From Camelus dromedarius (lineage: Eukaryota): 64,000 bases of DNA. Positions 23,871 through 36,336 of the stretch are shown here, in pieces. The DNA lies in contig NC_087436.1 in assembly GCF_036321535.1 (NCBI RefSeq), positions 93,622,001-93,686,000 on the forward strand, in the 5' to 3' direction. Under the pieces are notes generated by a model. The model was not told the origin of the DNA, ran no database searches, and saw nothing but the letters and a program-made list of their open reading frames with translations. The stretch's first letter is position 1, and every line of letters starts with the position of its first letter. The position numbers and the translations under genes were made by a program.

Positions 23871-26616
23871 CTAAGGAAAATAGCTAAATATAAGAAGGTT
23901 TAAAGAGACATAAGATTTTCTTCCCTTTAAAAAAGAACCACATACCTCCTTCCTCTTAAGTGTGGGGATCCTTTTTTTCAAAACTGAACCTCTCCAGACC
24001 CAGTGTCTGTATCACTTGTTAGTCTGCTTACTCTCCGTGTGGCTCTGCATCGAGACCATTTCTGTGGCTCAGAGCAAATAGCTGGTTAATTTGGGGGCAC
24101 AGGCAGACAGCCTCTTGCTCTGTCACTTGAATCAAAAGGCTGAGGGTTGCTCACATTTATAGTTATGCACTGTGCTAACCTCTTAGCAGGCATTTCTCAT
24201 TTTAATCCTCCTAACAGCGGTACTCCTGTTATCCCACTTTTCAGACAAGGAGACTCGGGGGCTGGTGTCCTACATCACTCAGCTAGGGAGCAGCACGGAC
24301 AGGACTTGCGCCTTGTCTTTCTGACCTAAGTTCTGTGCTCTTATCCTGGTGGGCACTGCCTCCCCGCTTTCAGGGCCTTCCTTCGTCTTTCTAGGAATTT
24401 GCTAACCTCTGCCTGCTTCATGGCCTTTTTGAGCCCAAAGAACTGCCTGGTGGATGTATGAACTCCTGGAGACGACTGTGTACTTCAGATACATGAGACC
24501 ATCATTTAATATCTCAAGACACACTCAGATTGTGTTCAGGCTTTGATCTGTAAAACAGCATATACAGAGCTATTTTGTATGGGTGGTCCTGTTGTTCTAA
24601 CTTCACTCTCCCAAACCTCCCCTTTATGATTTCTGGGAAGCAGAATAGTTACATAGGGAATAGGAAGGTGGTGGGATCCAAAAGGCTGTTGAAGACATGA
24701 TTCAGAGTTTTCATCTGTCACAGTCAGGATATAAAAGCTACTTAAATATTAAATCACCTAGAAATTTTGATGGTATTCTTTCTGAAAATGTTATGGTTAT
24801 AAACAAAGTAAATAAAAATTTCTCCCTAAAACATTGCTAGAATATAGTACCTAACATCATAAAACAGCCTCACAGAAATTTTTTGCCACGCCTTCTAAAA
24901 AGCCAGCAGGTTGCCAACTTTCTTATAATGATATCACTCTAAATATCCAAGAGTCTGAATACAGTTCTCTCCTGTGTGCCTGTGTTATGGATATAGGTCT
25001 CAGGGAAAACATCTCGTGGGGTCAGGGCAGACTCTTTTCACATCAGATGCTGCTCTTGAGTGAGGCTGAATTATACATTGAAGCATGTTTTCTGTAAAAT
25101 GGTGGTAGTAGCCAAACAGTATGAAGTTTTTTAAAAAAATTTAGTCGTCAGAGTATTATTTAAAACAGAGAAACACACTAGATTTTTAATGAAGCCCAAG
25201 TGCTGAGGTAGATGCTGGGTAGGCAGGAATCCTTATAAATAATAATTCTAAAGAATGGGGTCCAAGGTCTAACCACTTTGGGTTACAGCCCTTAATTATC
25301 TCTGTGGAGCACCTGGTCATTCTGTGGTCAGTATGGACATTGCCTGGCATTTTAGGATGTTGCCTAGCCTCCCAGAAGCACACAGACTCCAGGATGAGTG
25401 AGTGACTCTTTCCTAAAATAGCCCATCCTGAGTATTTCATGATAGAAGGGGACACCTCTAAGCTCCCGGACAGGAGACCATTCTTACCTTCCTCCTCTGT
25501 GGAGGTCCCTGTTTTGCCTGGTGGAGGAAGAGGAAGTTGTCACTATACAATTTTAGGAATGTTAGGAGCTGTGCTTTGGGTCCATCTAGTGCTGGTTTAA
25601 AGAGCCCAGGGAGGTTTCTCTGGAGGGCGCAGGATCAGACAAGAAAGAAGTCATTCTTCATAGACTGAGAAATCTGAAACCTCAGGAATTCTTGCTGATG
25701 AATTTTATTCCCATCTAGTCTGACAAACCTTTCTTTCTTCCTCGCAAGAGACACATAGGATAGATCACTGATGGTGTGAACGATATATGAGGTAAATGCG
25801 ACTGTCAGATAGTTTCCTAGGAGTCCTGCAGGGGCACGTGGTGACTGCAAACAGCTGAGTCTGTGTTTTAATTCAGTGGAATATATTCAGACTGCTTTGG
25901 GGGCCTCTAACACATCTGTAGCCAAGGGCTCAATGCTACATTATTAGTAATAGTTTTACCCACACCTCTGTGTTCCTGAGCAATTAAGTAAGCCATTTCT
26001 CCCAAGTTTCTGTTTAGTACAAACACCAAGCCCAGGTCAGAAATGTTCGCAAAGACATTATCAAACTCTAACGGAGGTTTGATTTTTCTTGGCATCAGAA
26101 CAGTTTCTAGATGTGGTTGAGAAAAATTACCTTGGATGTCTGGTGCATCATAGAACAGTGACCTTTCAGGTTAATTAAGGAAGCTGTCGCCCAGAGGGCT
26201 TTTGAGCAACTACTTTGTTGCCTGAGGGAACGACAGGATAGAAATGTGGTGTGGATGTTTAGAAAGGGGATGATTTCCAAGGCTGTGGAGAATGAAGACC
26301 AGCTGCTGGAAGAAAATGCTTTTATATGAATTCAAAAGAGAGTTTTTTTTATTCCAAGTAAAATTTTGGACCCTTGGACCTGTTAGCTTTTGTATAAATT
26401 GGCTTTTGTGTATCCACGTTAAGCCTTTTATTTGCTCCTGTTTAATGGGTTAGCAAATGGTGATAAGAAAGAGGAAAATGGGTCAGTTTTACAAGAACTG
26501 CAACAGAAACATTAGTTCTTTCCATTTTCTGTATAAAAATGTTCACTCTGTATGCTAAGTAGTTTAATCACAGCAGGCATCTAATGACTAGTTTTCTTTC
26601 TTTTTTTTTTTTCCAG

Positions 26617-27429
26617 CTGACTCAGGTGTAGACACTTTGGCAGTGTTTATGGCCAGCAGCGGAACCACAGACATCACGAATCGGAACAGCCCGGCCACAC
26701 CACCAAATACCCTTAATCTCCGTTCTTCCCACAATGAACTGTTGAACGCTGAAATAAAACACACAGAAACCAAGAACAGCACACCCCCCAAATGCAGGAA
26801 GAAATATGCACTGACTAACATCCAGGCGGCAATGGGCCTCTCGGATCCAGCTGCACAGCCCCTGCTGGGAAATGGCTCTGCCAACATCAAGCTGGTGAAA
26901 AATGGGGAGAACCAGCTCCGGAAGGCAGCCGAACAGGGGCAGCAGGACCCCAACAAGAACGTCAGCCCCACCGCGGTCAACGTAACTTCCGAGAAGTTAG
27001 AAGGGAAGGAGCCCCAACCGCCCGACTCCTTGGGCTGTGAAATTTTGCCCTCCCAACCCAGGAGAACCAAGAGCTTCCTGAATTACTATGCAGACCTGGA
27101 AACCTCAACCAGGGAACTCGAGCAGAACTTGGGCAACCAACACGGGATTGCGGAGGAGAAGACCCCGCCAGGCCAGGGCCAGGCCTCCACCGTCACTGGG
27201 AATGGCGATTTGCTGCTGCAGAAACCAAGCAAACCCCAGTTCAGCCCTGAGGACGGCCAGATCGCCACAGTGTCTTCCAGCCCGGAGACCAAGAAGGATC
27301 ATCCTAAAACGGGGGCCAAAACCGATTGCGCACTACACCGGATCCAGAACCTGGCACCAAGTGATGAGGAATCCAGCTGGACCACCCTGTCCCAAGACAG
27401 CGCTTCCCCCAGTTCACCAGACGAAACAG
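26617..27429 (+). CDS. APBB2: APBB2 (FE65L1) large internal coding exon, 813 nt, N-terminal region upstream of the WW domain
   Basis: Strong acceptor (T-rich tract + ccAG, AG at 26615-26616). Open frame (A)DSGVDTLAVFMASSGTTDITNRNSPATPPNTLNLRSSHNELL...SWTTLSQDSASPSSPDET, recognisable as APBB2. Donor CAG|GTACCC at 27430. Phase 1-1. Confidence 0.97.
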
Positions 27430-30400
27430 GTACCCCGGGAGAGGTGTAACCTAAGGCGGCGCTTTCTTTTGGTGTTTTCTCTTATTGATGCAATTAGTCT
27501 CTAGACTGACTGCCCACTCCCTGCCCCCCCCCAAATTTCATTTGCAGGTAGAGAAGAACATGGGCCTCTTAGGGTAAAATTGGGCAATTTGTGTGGGAAA
27601 TATCATTAGATTCCTCAAAGGTTTCATTTTGATTCATACATAAGTTGTTTGTTCTGGGAAGCATTTTTGAAAAAGAAGTCCCTGGGGTTAAGTCCAATGA
27701 AACATCATCTATTTAGAAGTTATGCTGCCAGTGGTTAGGTGAACTATTTCTACACACTGTCTAGAAATACTGGATTTTGTTAAGCAAAGTAATAAAAGAA
27801 AGTTGCTGGGGGCAGGATGTAACCTGAAAGAGAGCACTAATTTGAAGTTCTCTGAGAAAGTTATTTAGGTTTAAACTAATGAAAAGTTAAAAGTTTTAAA
27901 AATTGAAAGTCTATTCATTAAAGACATTTCCCTTTTGACCTTTACTGGGGAGCATTTTATTACCCTTGTTCAAGGGGTATTTGAAAGTGAGAAAATGGTG
28001 TTTCTTTTAAAATATATACAGAAGTTTTGGATTTTAACTACTCTAGTCAAGACTAGTCTTGACTTTTGTCTATGTTTGTAACATCTTTGGATTTTTCAGT
28101 GGAGTGAAAATTGTGACAGAAATGAGCAGGGTCCTAAAATTCAGCTACTATTAACCTCATCATCTCATGGCTCCCATTATACTGATTATAAGATTAAAAG
28201 ATGTGGAAAAGTGTATAGTGTCTGAAATCACTGTAAGTAAGCACTCACAAAGGCTGATTTCTTTAACCTAACCCTGCGCCGAGTGGGTCCCAGGGCTGTT
28301 AATGGGATGCAGGTGTAACAGATGGAATCGCCAGGGAAGGAAATGACATTTTCCAAACCTATAAGGCAGAGAAATTATAAGGACTATAGATACGGAAAAG
28401 AGAAGGAGAAAGTAAGACATTACCTTGTTTAAAAAAACAAGAAGAAGAAAAGAAGTGTTTTTCAAGTGCCCTTTAAAATCGCCGTACTGTAAATGATAGA
28501 TTTCGTCAGCCTCCTGTAGTTCGATGTGGCAGTAAGGGAGGCTGAAATGAGCCCATTTTCATCTCGTAAATGTCTGGACCTGCACATTATTGGAATCGTA
28601 ATTATGTTTGGTAATGTCATTGAGTTCACAACTCTCTATTACTTTTTACATTTAGAGAATCCATACCCTGTAGCTGATGGACACGATCACCTGCTAGTGT
28701 TTGACTCTGTATTAAGGACTCCCTGAGTGTGTCACTCACACCCCAGTCTACCTCCTGTTTTCTGCACCCCCTCCAGGCTGTGCCCGCCTTCCTGCTGCTC
28801 TTCCAGGCCCTGTGCTTCCTCTTGTAGCTACATTTTAAGTTTTACTGAAAGGTTTTAAATAAAGGAAAGTCTCTCCTGCTCCTCACTCTACTTCCCTTTT
28901 TTCCAGTGATGATTACTACTTTTTTTTTTTTCCCAGTATTTTGTTTTCCCAGAAACTGTTTTAGGTGTATACTCACATTCATAATGAATTTTAAAATTTA
29001 CCCAAATTTTATAATGATATTTTTAAAGAGTGCTTGTCTTTTAGAGATACATGCTGAAATATAGTAGCATAATATCTAACAGACTATAATATAATACATA
29101 CAAATATAAATAATACTGTGTATGGGATAGGCTGGTCCTTGTTAAAGGTGGATACCTAGGGCTTATTATTCTGCAGTCTCTAATTTCGTATGTTTAAAAT
29201 TTTCCACAATTAAAATTAAAGCAAGAAAGAATGACTCACATTACATTGTTTTTATGAATGCTTTCCGTTTTCCACTGAAGTATGTATTTTGTAGAGTGGT
29301 CCATATCAGGATATAGTATTTTTCTACCTTGGGCTTTTTAAGTATTAGGCATGCTGTTCAACCCTCTGCAAGCACCATGATTGAGTTAATGATTCCCTGG
29401 CTGCTGAGTGTTATAGGGTATTTCTGTCCATGGCCCATTCACTTACTCAGTGCTGGTGTCAGCAGGGGCCAGCGGAGAGCCACAAGTGAAACCGACCTGT
29501 GCTCTCGCTCCATCCACTGCCACTCTCTCCAGGGAATCTTTGCAGGGTCCCTTCGGCTCACCACTCACTTTCTCAGCTTCTGGGTGTTACTTTCCGCTGG
29601 GTTTCTCTACAGAGCCCATTCCAGTGCTTGGCATCTGGTATGGACTGGATTAGAGTTTTCTGACATGTTGAGAGGATACATTCATGTTTGATTCTTAAGG
29701 TCGGTGTTGAAGACCTTTGAATTTTAAAGTAAGGATGACAGTATGGTGATGGCCCTTAATGGGTTACTAAGAATAGACGTTTTGAATCAGATATACTTGG
29801 AAGAATGTGTGAGCCATGACCCAGCTCTCTCAAGCTGTGAAGTTGGGTTTTTTAAAAATGCTAGAAGCCAAACCTTCAAAATGGTCACTTTGGGATCTCT
29901 ACCTATTTGACCATAATACAGTGTCTCAAAATATTAATGTTAATAATATTTGGGAATTCTTTCACAATTTCCTCAGAGCCAGTTGAGAACGCCTACTGAA
30001 AAAACACCTCTTTACTTCATGATCACACTTCAGAGTTTCAGGTAGTGACCACTACACAGATTAACGAGTGAAGTAAAATAATTGAGTATTCAACATTGGT
30101 TTTTCTTTTGATTTCATCTTTCCAGTGAAACATACTGTTAGTGTTTACAATGATCAGATCAATTTAAATTAAACATTATGTTTCCCTTCTAATGGTGAAA
30201 TCAGTGTTTATTATAAAGTCTTATATAGTATATGCATGTTTATATATATAAAATAAACACAAATACTAACTGTTGAAAGAAAGAAAGACATAAGAGCAAA
30301 TATTTTCTAAGATACTAGTATGCAGTGCCATGGTACACATATAAGAAGTGTATATATTTGCTTCCTCACAGTGTTAAGCAAATACTCACCACAGTGATGT

Positions 30401-31214
30401 ATGTTTTATGACTAAATCATGACACAGTTGTCTCTGGATTTTAGACTGTGCTTTGGGGAGCCTAGAAAAATAGAACAGACTCATTTCTATCTTAGGGACA
30501 TCCTTTCCAAGTTAGAATGCTATTTAAAAAATAAAATGCACCATCTAACCCAGAGATTGACCACTTTCTATTTCCCTTTCTTACTGAATTGCCTGCTCCA
30601 ACATGTTAGTAACTTTTTTTTGTACAGTCATGTGTACAGTATGTTCCTCCTCTTTTCTGCCTATGTCGCCTGTCCTTTGAGAAACAAGAGGTTATTAGAA
30701 GGGAGAAAAAAAAAAACACCAGTGAAATTACTGAGTTTCATAGGAATATAGAAAAGTTCAAAAGAATGCCTTGACCTTGATTCTAAAAGAAAGGGTGGCA
30801 TCATTTCGGTAGTTGGAAGTGGGGACTTTTAGTCTGTTCAGGTTTTGCCAGAAATGCAGTTCCCTCGGTGGCCCCAGGTGAGCAGGATGGCTCAGGTGAG
30901 CATAGGTTGGGCAGATTGTGTGTAGTCTCCCCATTAATCACCTGGTGTTTTATGTTTGCTTCATAAAAACTTTTGAAAGACGCATTTTGGTGCTACCTGG
31001 GTACAGGTTTCAGTACCTAATTTATACCAACAGGTAACTTAGGTTTCATTTGAGGCTTCATAAAATTGAAGATACAGAGTATGAAACTGGGTGGGTCTTG
31101 TGGAATAGCCATTTCAAAATTAGGTTCAGTACTAAAGTGCACAAAGGCAGCATATACACAGAGAAAACCAAATCTGGATGGTGTGGCAGTGGGCCTAATG
31201 CTTCATTAACTTAC

Positions 31215-31430
31215 CATCAAAAGCACAGGCTCTGGACTCAACTTCCTGCCTTCAAATCTCAGCTCTGTTCTATGTGGGCAGTTCACATAGTCTCTCACCT
31301 GTAAGATAGGGGTGCTAGTAGGGTTTTAGCATACATCTATTGTGAACATTAAGTGAGAGCATCTCTGAGGCACTCTTAGAACAGTGGCTGGCATATAGCA
31401 AGGGTTTAATCAGTATTAGTGCCTATTATT
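31215..31430 (+). mobile_element. MIR SINE
   Basis: agcacaggctctggactc...ttcaaatctcagctctg...cttagaacagtggctggcatatag. Confidence 0.7.
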
Positions 31431-34400
31431 TGTGATCTTAATTATAAGTACAGCCATGGGACATGAAAGTTTATCTCTCTCTTAATTATAAATTGCCTAT
31501 ATTTTGCAGTCTGATTTTAGTTAAGACTTTCTGTATCCTGAGGGCAAGGATTGGTTTGTCTTCATCTTTGTGTTGTCAGTTCCTGAAATGAAGCAGGTGA
31601 ACTTAGTAAATAAATAATGATTAATTGAATAAAAATGGAGGTCATCTACAAATCCCCAAATGGTCCTGATGTATTAAGTAAATCATCTGATGTTAAGTTT
31701 TAACCAATGTCTGATTTTGGGTACATATTATGTAACTTACTTGATGATGTGGCCCCATATTAGGGGGATGCTGATTAACCAGTGATTGAGGAAGTCACAG
31801 TGAGATTCTGTGTGCCAAATATTGTTTGTGGTACTTTTCTCGCAGTCAGGCGGCCATGCTTGGACTTGAACCAAGGTCTTCGGACACAGCATCCTGTGGT
31901 TTTCCACCGTGTCATAGTTCTGAGACCTAGGCTTGTGTCACCAGTGGCTGAGTACATCAGACTTCATCCACCTCAACTAGATATGTGTGGTAGATATCTT
32001 GATAATCTGGAAAATGAAAAATTATATTTTAGAGGATCTTTCCATTCCCTAAAGCAGTTGAATTTTAGCTCAAATGTTAGCTCCTCTGTGAAACCTTTCT
32101 AGACACTCTGAACTATTGAAAGTTCTTTTTCTGTACCTCACGAAAGTATTTCCAAGTCTCTGTTAGCACATTCCTCTCAGCAGTTTGTAACCTAACTGGA
32201 AAGTTTTCATTTAGACTTGGAGTTCCATGAAAGCAGAAGCTAAGTCTTCATTATGTGTTGATGTGAAGTTCTTCACAGAGCAGGTGACACATAGTAACAG
32301 ACTCCATAAATGTTATATGTTTGCTGGTTGGACAAATGTTACATGGTTGCTGGACCACAATCCTGCATGCCCTGTGAGGTCTGCTCCAGCAGTACACCTA
32401 TAGAGGCAGAAAAAGTATGCACAGCTTATGTAAAGTAATTGTTCAGAACACCTAGATAGGGTGATTCTTATTTATATTCTAAGCTTGGGAGGGATGAAGA
32501 ATTTGGGCCAGTAATTCAGTCTACCACAAACATTCCTTGTCTTTGAATCTATAGGTCTACGAGTCAGAAAAGCCAGGGTCAAGGGAAGGGACCATTTTGG
32601 TTTCACTTGCCCTCATGCTTTGCCTTGCATTGTGAGTTGACCCGTGTTACTCAAGAGGTTGAATCCTTTGATGTCTTAAATTGGTTTCCAGTCTTGAGGC
32701 AAGCAAAAGTGGAACTCTTTTTTGCAAGCTAGATAGCTGGTGAGGGCAAAAGCCAAGGCACAAACCTAATTATGTCAACACAGTTAGCAACACTAATTAT
32801 TTCTGGCCTTAGCTAGCTTGAGAGTGTTAGAGCTTTGGATAAATCTGTGTTATTAACACTTTTAGAAACTTCTTCTAAATGTTCATTTTGTGTCAAATGG
32901 TTTTTGGTAATTTCAACCATAAATTACTTTTAAAAGCTACCATCTCTTAAAAAAAAAAATCCAGGATATAGGAAAGGCCCAGTGTTCAGCTGGATTGTCC
33001 TGTTGAATTAATTTTAATCTTTTAAACACCCTTTAGTGATTCACTAGCCTCCCTGTCTTGTCCCCTCAGTTGAGAGTTCTGTGATGTGACAGGAGGAATT
33101 CAAGAAGACAGATGTGAGATGTTTCCAAAATAGCTCGGACACACTGTGTTCTAGGGTAGGTGACGTGCTTTCCAGATTAGACTTAGTACCTTGGGGGTAA
33201 GATGTATAAAAAGATGTTTTTATCTCACCCCACGAACCTAAGGAAGAAAATGATTTTGCTCAATTAATTATTTTTGAAGGTTCAGGACAAAAAATATATT
33301 TAATTGAATGATCAAGGTAGTTTGGTTGCCTTCCATTCATTATACAGTATTATACTAGGTACCTCAGGGAACAAGAAGAATACAACGAAATGAGGGGCAA
33401 CAAAAGTCTAACAGTCTAGTAGTGAACACAAGACAGGCCGTGTGATCAAGATGGAACCAGGAAGGAGCTATGAGACCCCGGATTGCTGTGGGGCAGAGGG
33501 CGCTCAGAGGAGGGAGCGACTGTAATGGACTGAGATGTGGAAGTTCAGGCACTGAAGTTATCTGTGCTGGAAATTGAATCGACTTTCAACAGATGAAGAT
33601 CTGGGGAGATCATTGCCCCTCAGAGCTGTTACAAAGTAAGGAATCCTTTTCCTTTTTTTTTTTTTTTAAATTATTCACTAAAGAAGTGTAATTCATGATT
33701 TCTACTCCCCCTCCACCCCGTGTTTATGTCTACTTTCCTGGTATTTTGAAAATAAAAATTTTAGTTCCCAGTTTGGCAAGTTGTTTAGCTCGTGGGAGAG
33801 AGTAGTGTGGACAGCGGAAGTGACTGGTTGGGGTCCTCTAGTAGTCCTGCGTGAGGGCACGTCACCTCTCAGATTGTGACTCGGTGAGGTCCTAGAGACA
33901 GTAACACTACGTCCACTTTCAGAAATTTTCTGGTCAAATTTCTTCATGAGTGTTCTGCCCTGACCCATTGTCCTCATGAAAGACTCTTAAGTTAAATACA
34001 TAGAGAGATTTATGGTTTTAAAAGCCAAGAGGCTATAGAAACATCCAGGTAGTCAGCAAGCTTGGATTTATCTAAATCTATGGAGAATTGAAATGGATCT
34101 GTAACTTTACCATGATTTTCACTGAGCCGTGTTATCCATGGAAGTTAACAACCATTCACGTGTTTGTAGATTTGTTCACCATTGCTTTCTTTTAATTCAT
34201 CCATTCATTTTTTTACTCAAATATACATGTACACACCAATCACTTTTTTTAAAGTCTACTCAGTGGATGGTGCTAGGTGCCTGAGACATAGAAATAAATT
34301 AGAACTGGTCTGTGACCTCAGATAACTCACATGTAGTTTCCTGTCTCCATGGATGAAGCCCCCACCGCATGTGGTTGCCTTCTAAAATGTGTGCCTAGGT

Positions 34401-34514
34401 TCTTTGTTCACGTTCACATGTCTTGCCTCAGGAAGTACAAGCAGGTAACACCCCCCGCCACAGCCTGGGCAGCATAAGTTTCCAAACAAAGAAGAGAAGA
34501 TGTTTAGATGTTTT

Positions 34515-34912
34515 AATAGTTTCTCAGGGCTGCTGCCACAAATTACCGTACATTTGGTAGCTTAAAACAACAGAAATTTATTCTCTCACAGTTCTGGAGG
34601 CTGGAAGTTTGAAATCAAGGTGTCAGCAGGGTCATGCCCCTTCTGAAGCTCTTTCCTTGCCCTTTCCAGACTTCTGGCGGGTGCTGGCAACACTTGGCAT
34701 TCCTTGGCTTGTAGTTGCATCACTGTGATCTCTCCCTGAGTCTTCCCATGGCCTTAGAAGGACACCAGTCATTGGATTTAGGGCCCACGCTAATCCAGGA
34801 TGGCCTCAGCCTAACTGATTATATCTGCAGAGGGCGTATTTCCAAATAAGATCACATCCTGAGGTTCTCAGTAAATATGAATATTAGGAGAATAGTATTC
34901 AACCCAGTACAG
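34515..34912 (-). mobile_element. MLT1 (B/C-type) LTR
   Basis: agggctgctgccacaaattacc...gcttaaaacaacagaaatttattctctcacagttctggaggctggaagtttgaaatcaaggtgtcagcagg...attcaacccagtaca. Confidence 0.85.
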
Positions 34913-35489
34913 ATACCTTCCCAGATAATTCCTTAATATACGCGACACAGAGGAGCTGTGAAAGGATATTTGCAGGAATTATTGTGTTCAAATTTTTCAA
35001 GAAGAAAAGTTAATACTTGCTGATATGGTCAGAATTGATAAGTGAACAGAACAGGCTGCAGAGGACCTCAAGATAGTTTGGGGCTGCATTCATCCAGATT
35101 CTTCAGTGAAGAAACTTAATTGTGGACCTGATGCTGGTGAATCTGAAACCATAAACCCAACTGAGATTGCGGCTAAGTGTGGAAAGGGCAGGAAAGCATG
35201 ATAAAGACATAGTAAAGCTTCACATTGAGCAGTTTGGCTCAGTTCTGAACAGGGTAGTTCAGGGAACTTGGTGATATGGAAATGGTGTTAGCCTTTGGAT
35301 TAAAGCTTAAGAACAGACAGGCAGGGATATCAGTAATAGGCATGCTTTCTTACCTCTGTTGAAGAGACATTGCTTACTAAACGTACAGGATTTTCTGAGG
35401 AGCTATGTAGAATATATTAAAGCATATACATACATGACCCTATCTTTAGGGCAATGCGAAGGCAGCATGATGCCGTGGAAGTTTCTGAA

Positions 35490-35700
35490 ATCACAAACGG
35501 GCCTGCTGGGGAGTGCACAGGAAACCTGCAGACAGGGTTTGTCTAGCAGATGATGTTTTGAATTAGCCCAATGCTTAGAAATTGGGAGCTTTTACATAAA
35601 AATATGAGTTTCTTGTTTCTATTGTAAATCCAGAAATCTCACAACACTGGGCTCAAATGCCATAGAGGCCCCAGTCAGTGGCAGCCCTTCGAATGGGTCC
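35490..35700. mobile_element. hAT-Charlie MITE (MER102-like)
   Basis: aattgggagcttttacataaaaatatgagtttc...agaaatctcacaacactgggc resembles the recalled MER102 core. Confidence 0.5.
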
Positions 35701-36223
35701 TGTCTCCTGGAGCTCAAGACACTGGGCCTGTGATCGAGGCTCTGTCAGTGGACTCAGCCATCATACATACACGCAACTATTATAGTGGAAAGAACTAGGC
35801 TAGTGTTGGTCTTGCCTGGGACAGCTGCGTGCAGCTCTAATGCTATGGTAGCAGCACGCCTGCATCTACAGCCTTCTTCTAATCATAGTCATCCTAGTCT
35901 CAGTCCCATGCCTTCTGGTAGATTTATAAAGTGTGACATGAACTGTTAAGCAAAACATGCTCGAAATTTCCAAAGACATCTTTAGATGACTTCTCAGAGT
36001 TCTCCATCTGTTAATCTGGTTAGAGGAGGGAAAACATTAGCTTTTCAAAAGCTAGGATGTGGGTGGTTCATAAATTTTGTGCTTCAGGTCTGGCTCCGTT
36101 AATATACCCGGTTTGCTTTCATAAATGTGAAGGTAGTTACTAGTTACCCTTATAATTTATATATTGTGTTTCCCTTTCAGATCCCTTCGGTGCAAAATAG
36201 TGAAATAAAAACTTCCTATTCAG

Positions 36224-36336
36224 GACAAAAATGTGAAAATGAATATAGGAATGTATATCCATGACAGGGACATTGTGCTGTACACCAGAGATAGACACGT
36301 TGTAATTGACTGAAGTTCAATTAAAAAAAAAAAAAA
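36224..36336 (+). mobile_element. Camelid L1 3'-end insertion with TSD
   Basis: tgtgaaaatgaatatagg...tgtgctgtacaccagagatagacacgttgtaattgactgaagttcaatt + A14. TSD core cttcctattcag at 36212-36223 and 36338-36349. Confidence 0.88.

Noticed and set aside
26637..27449. ORF-track call of a standalone 270-aa protein starting at TTG
   Set aside because: This is the spliced APBB2 exon. The true frame enters at acceptor 26617 and exits at donor 27430.
26588..27504. Antisense and shifted-frame ORFs overlapping the APBB2 exon (160, 138, 68 and 65 aa)
   Set aside because: Expected shadows of a GC-rich coding exon, with no independent evidence.
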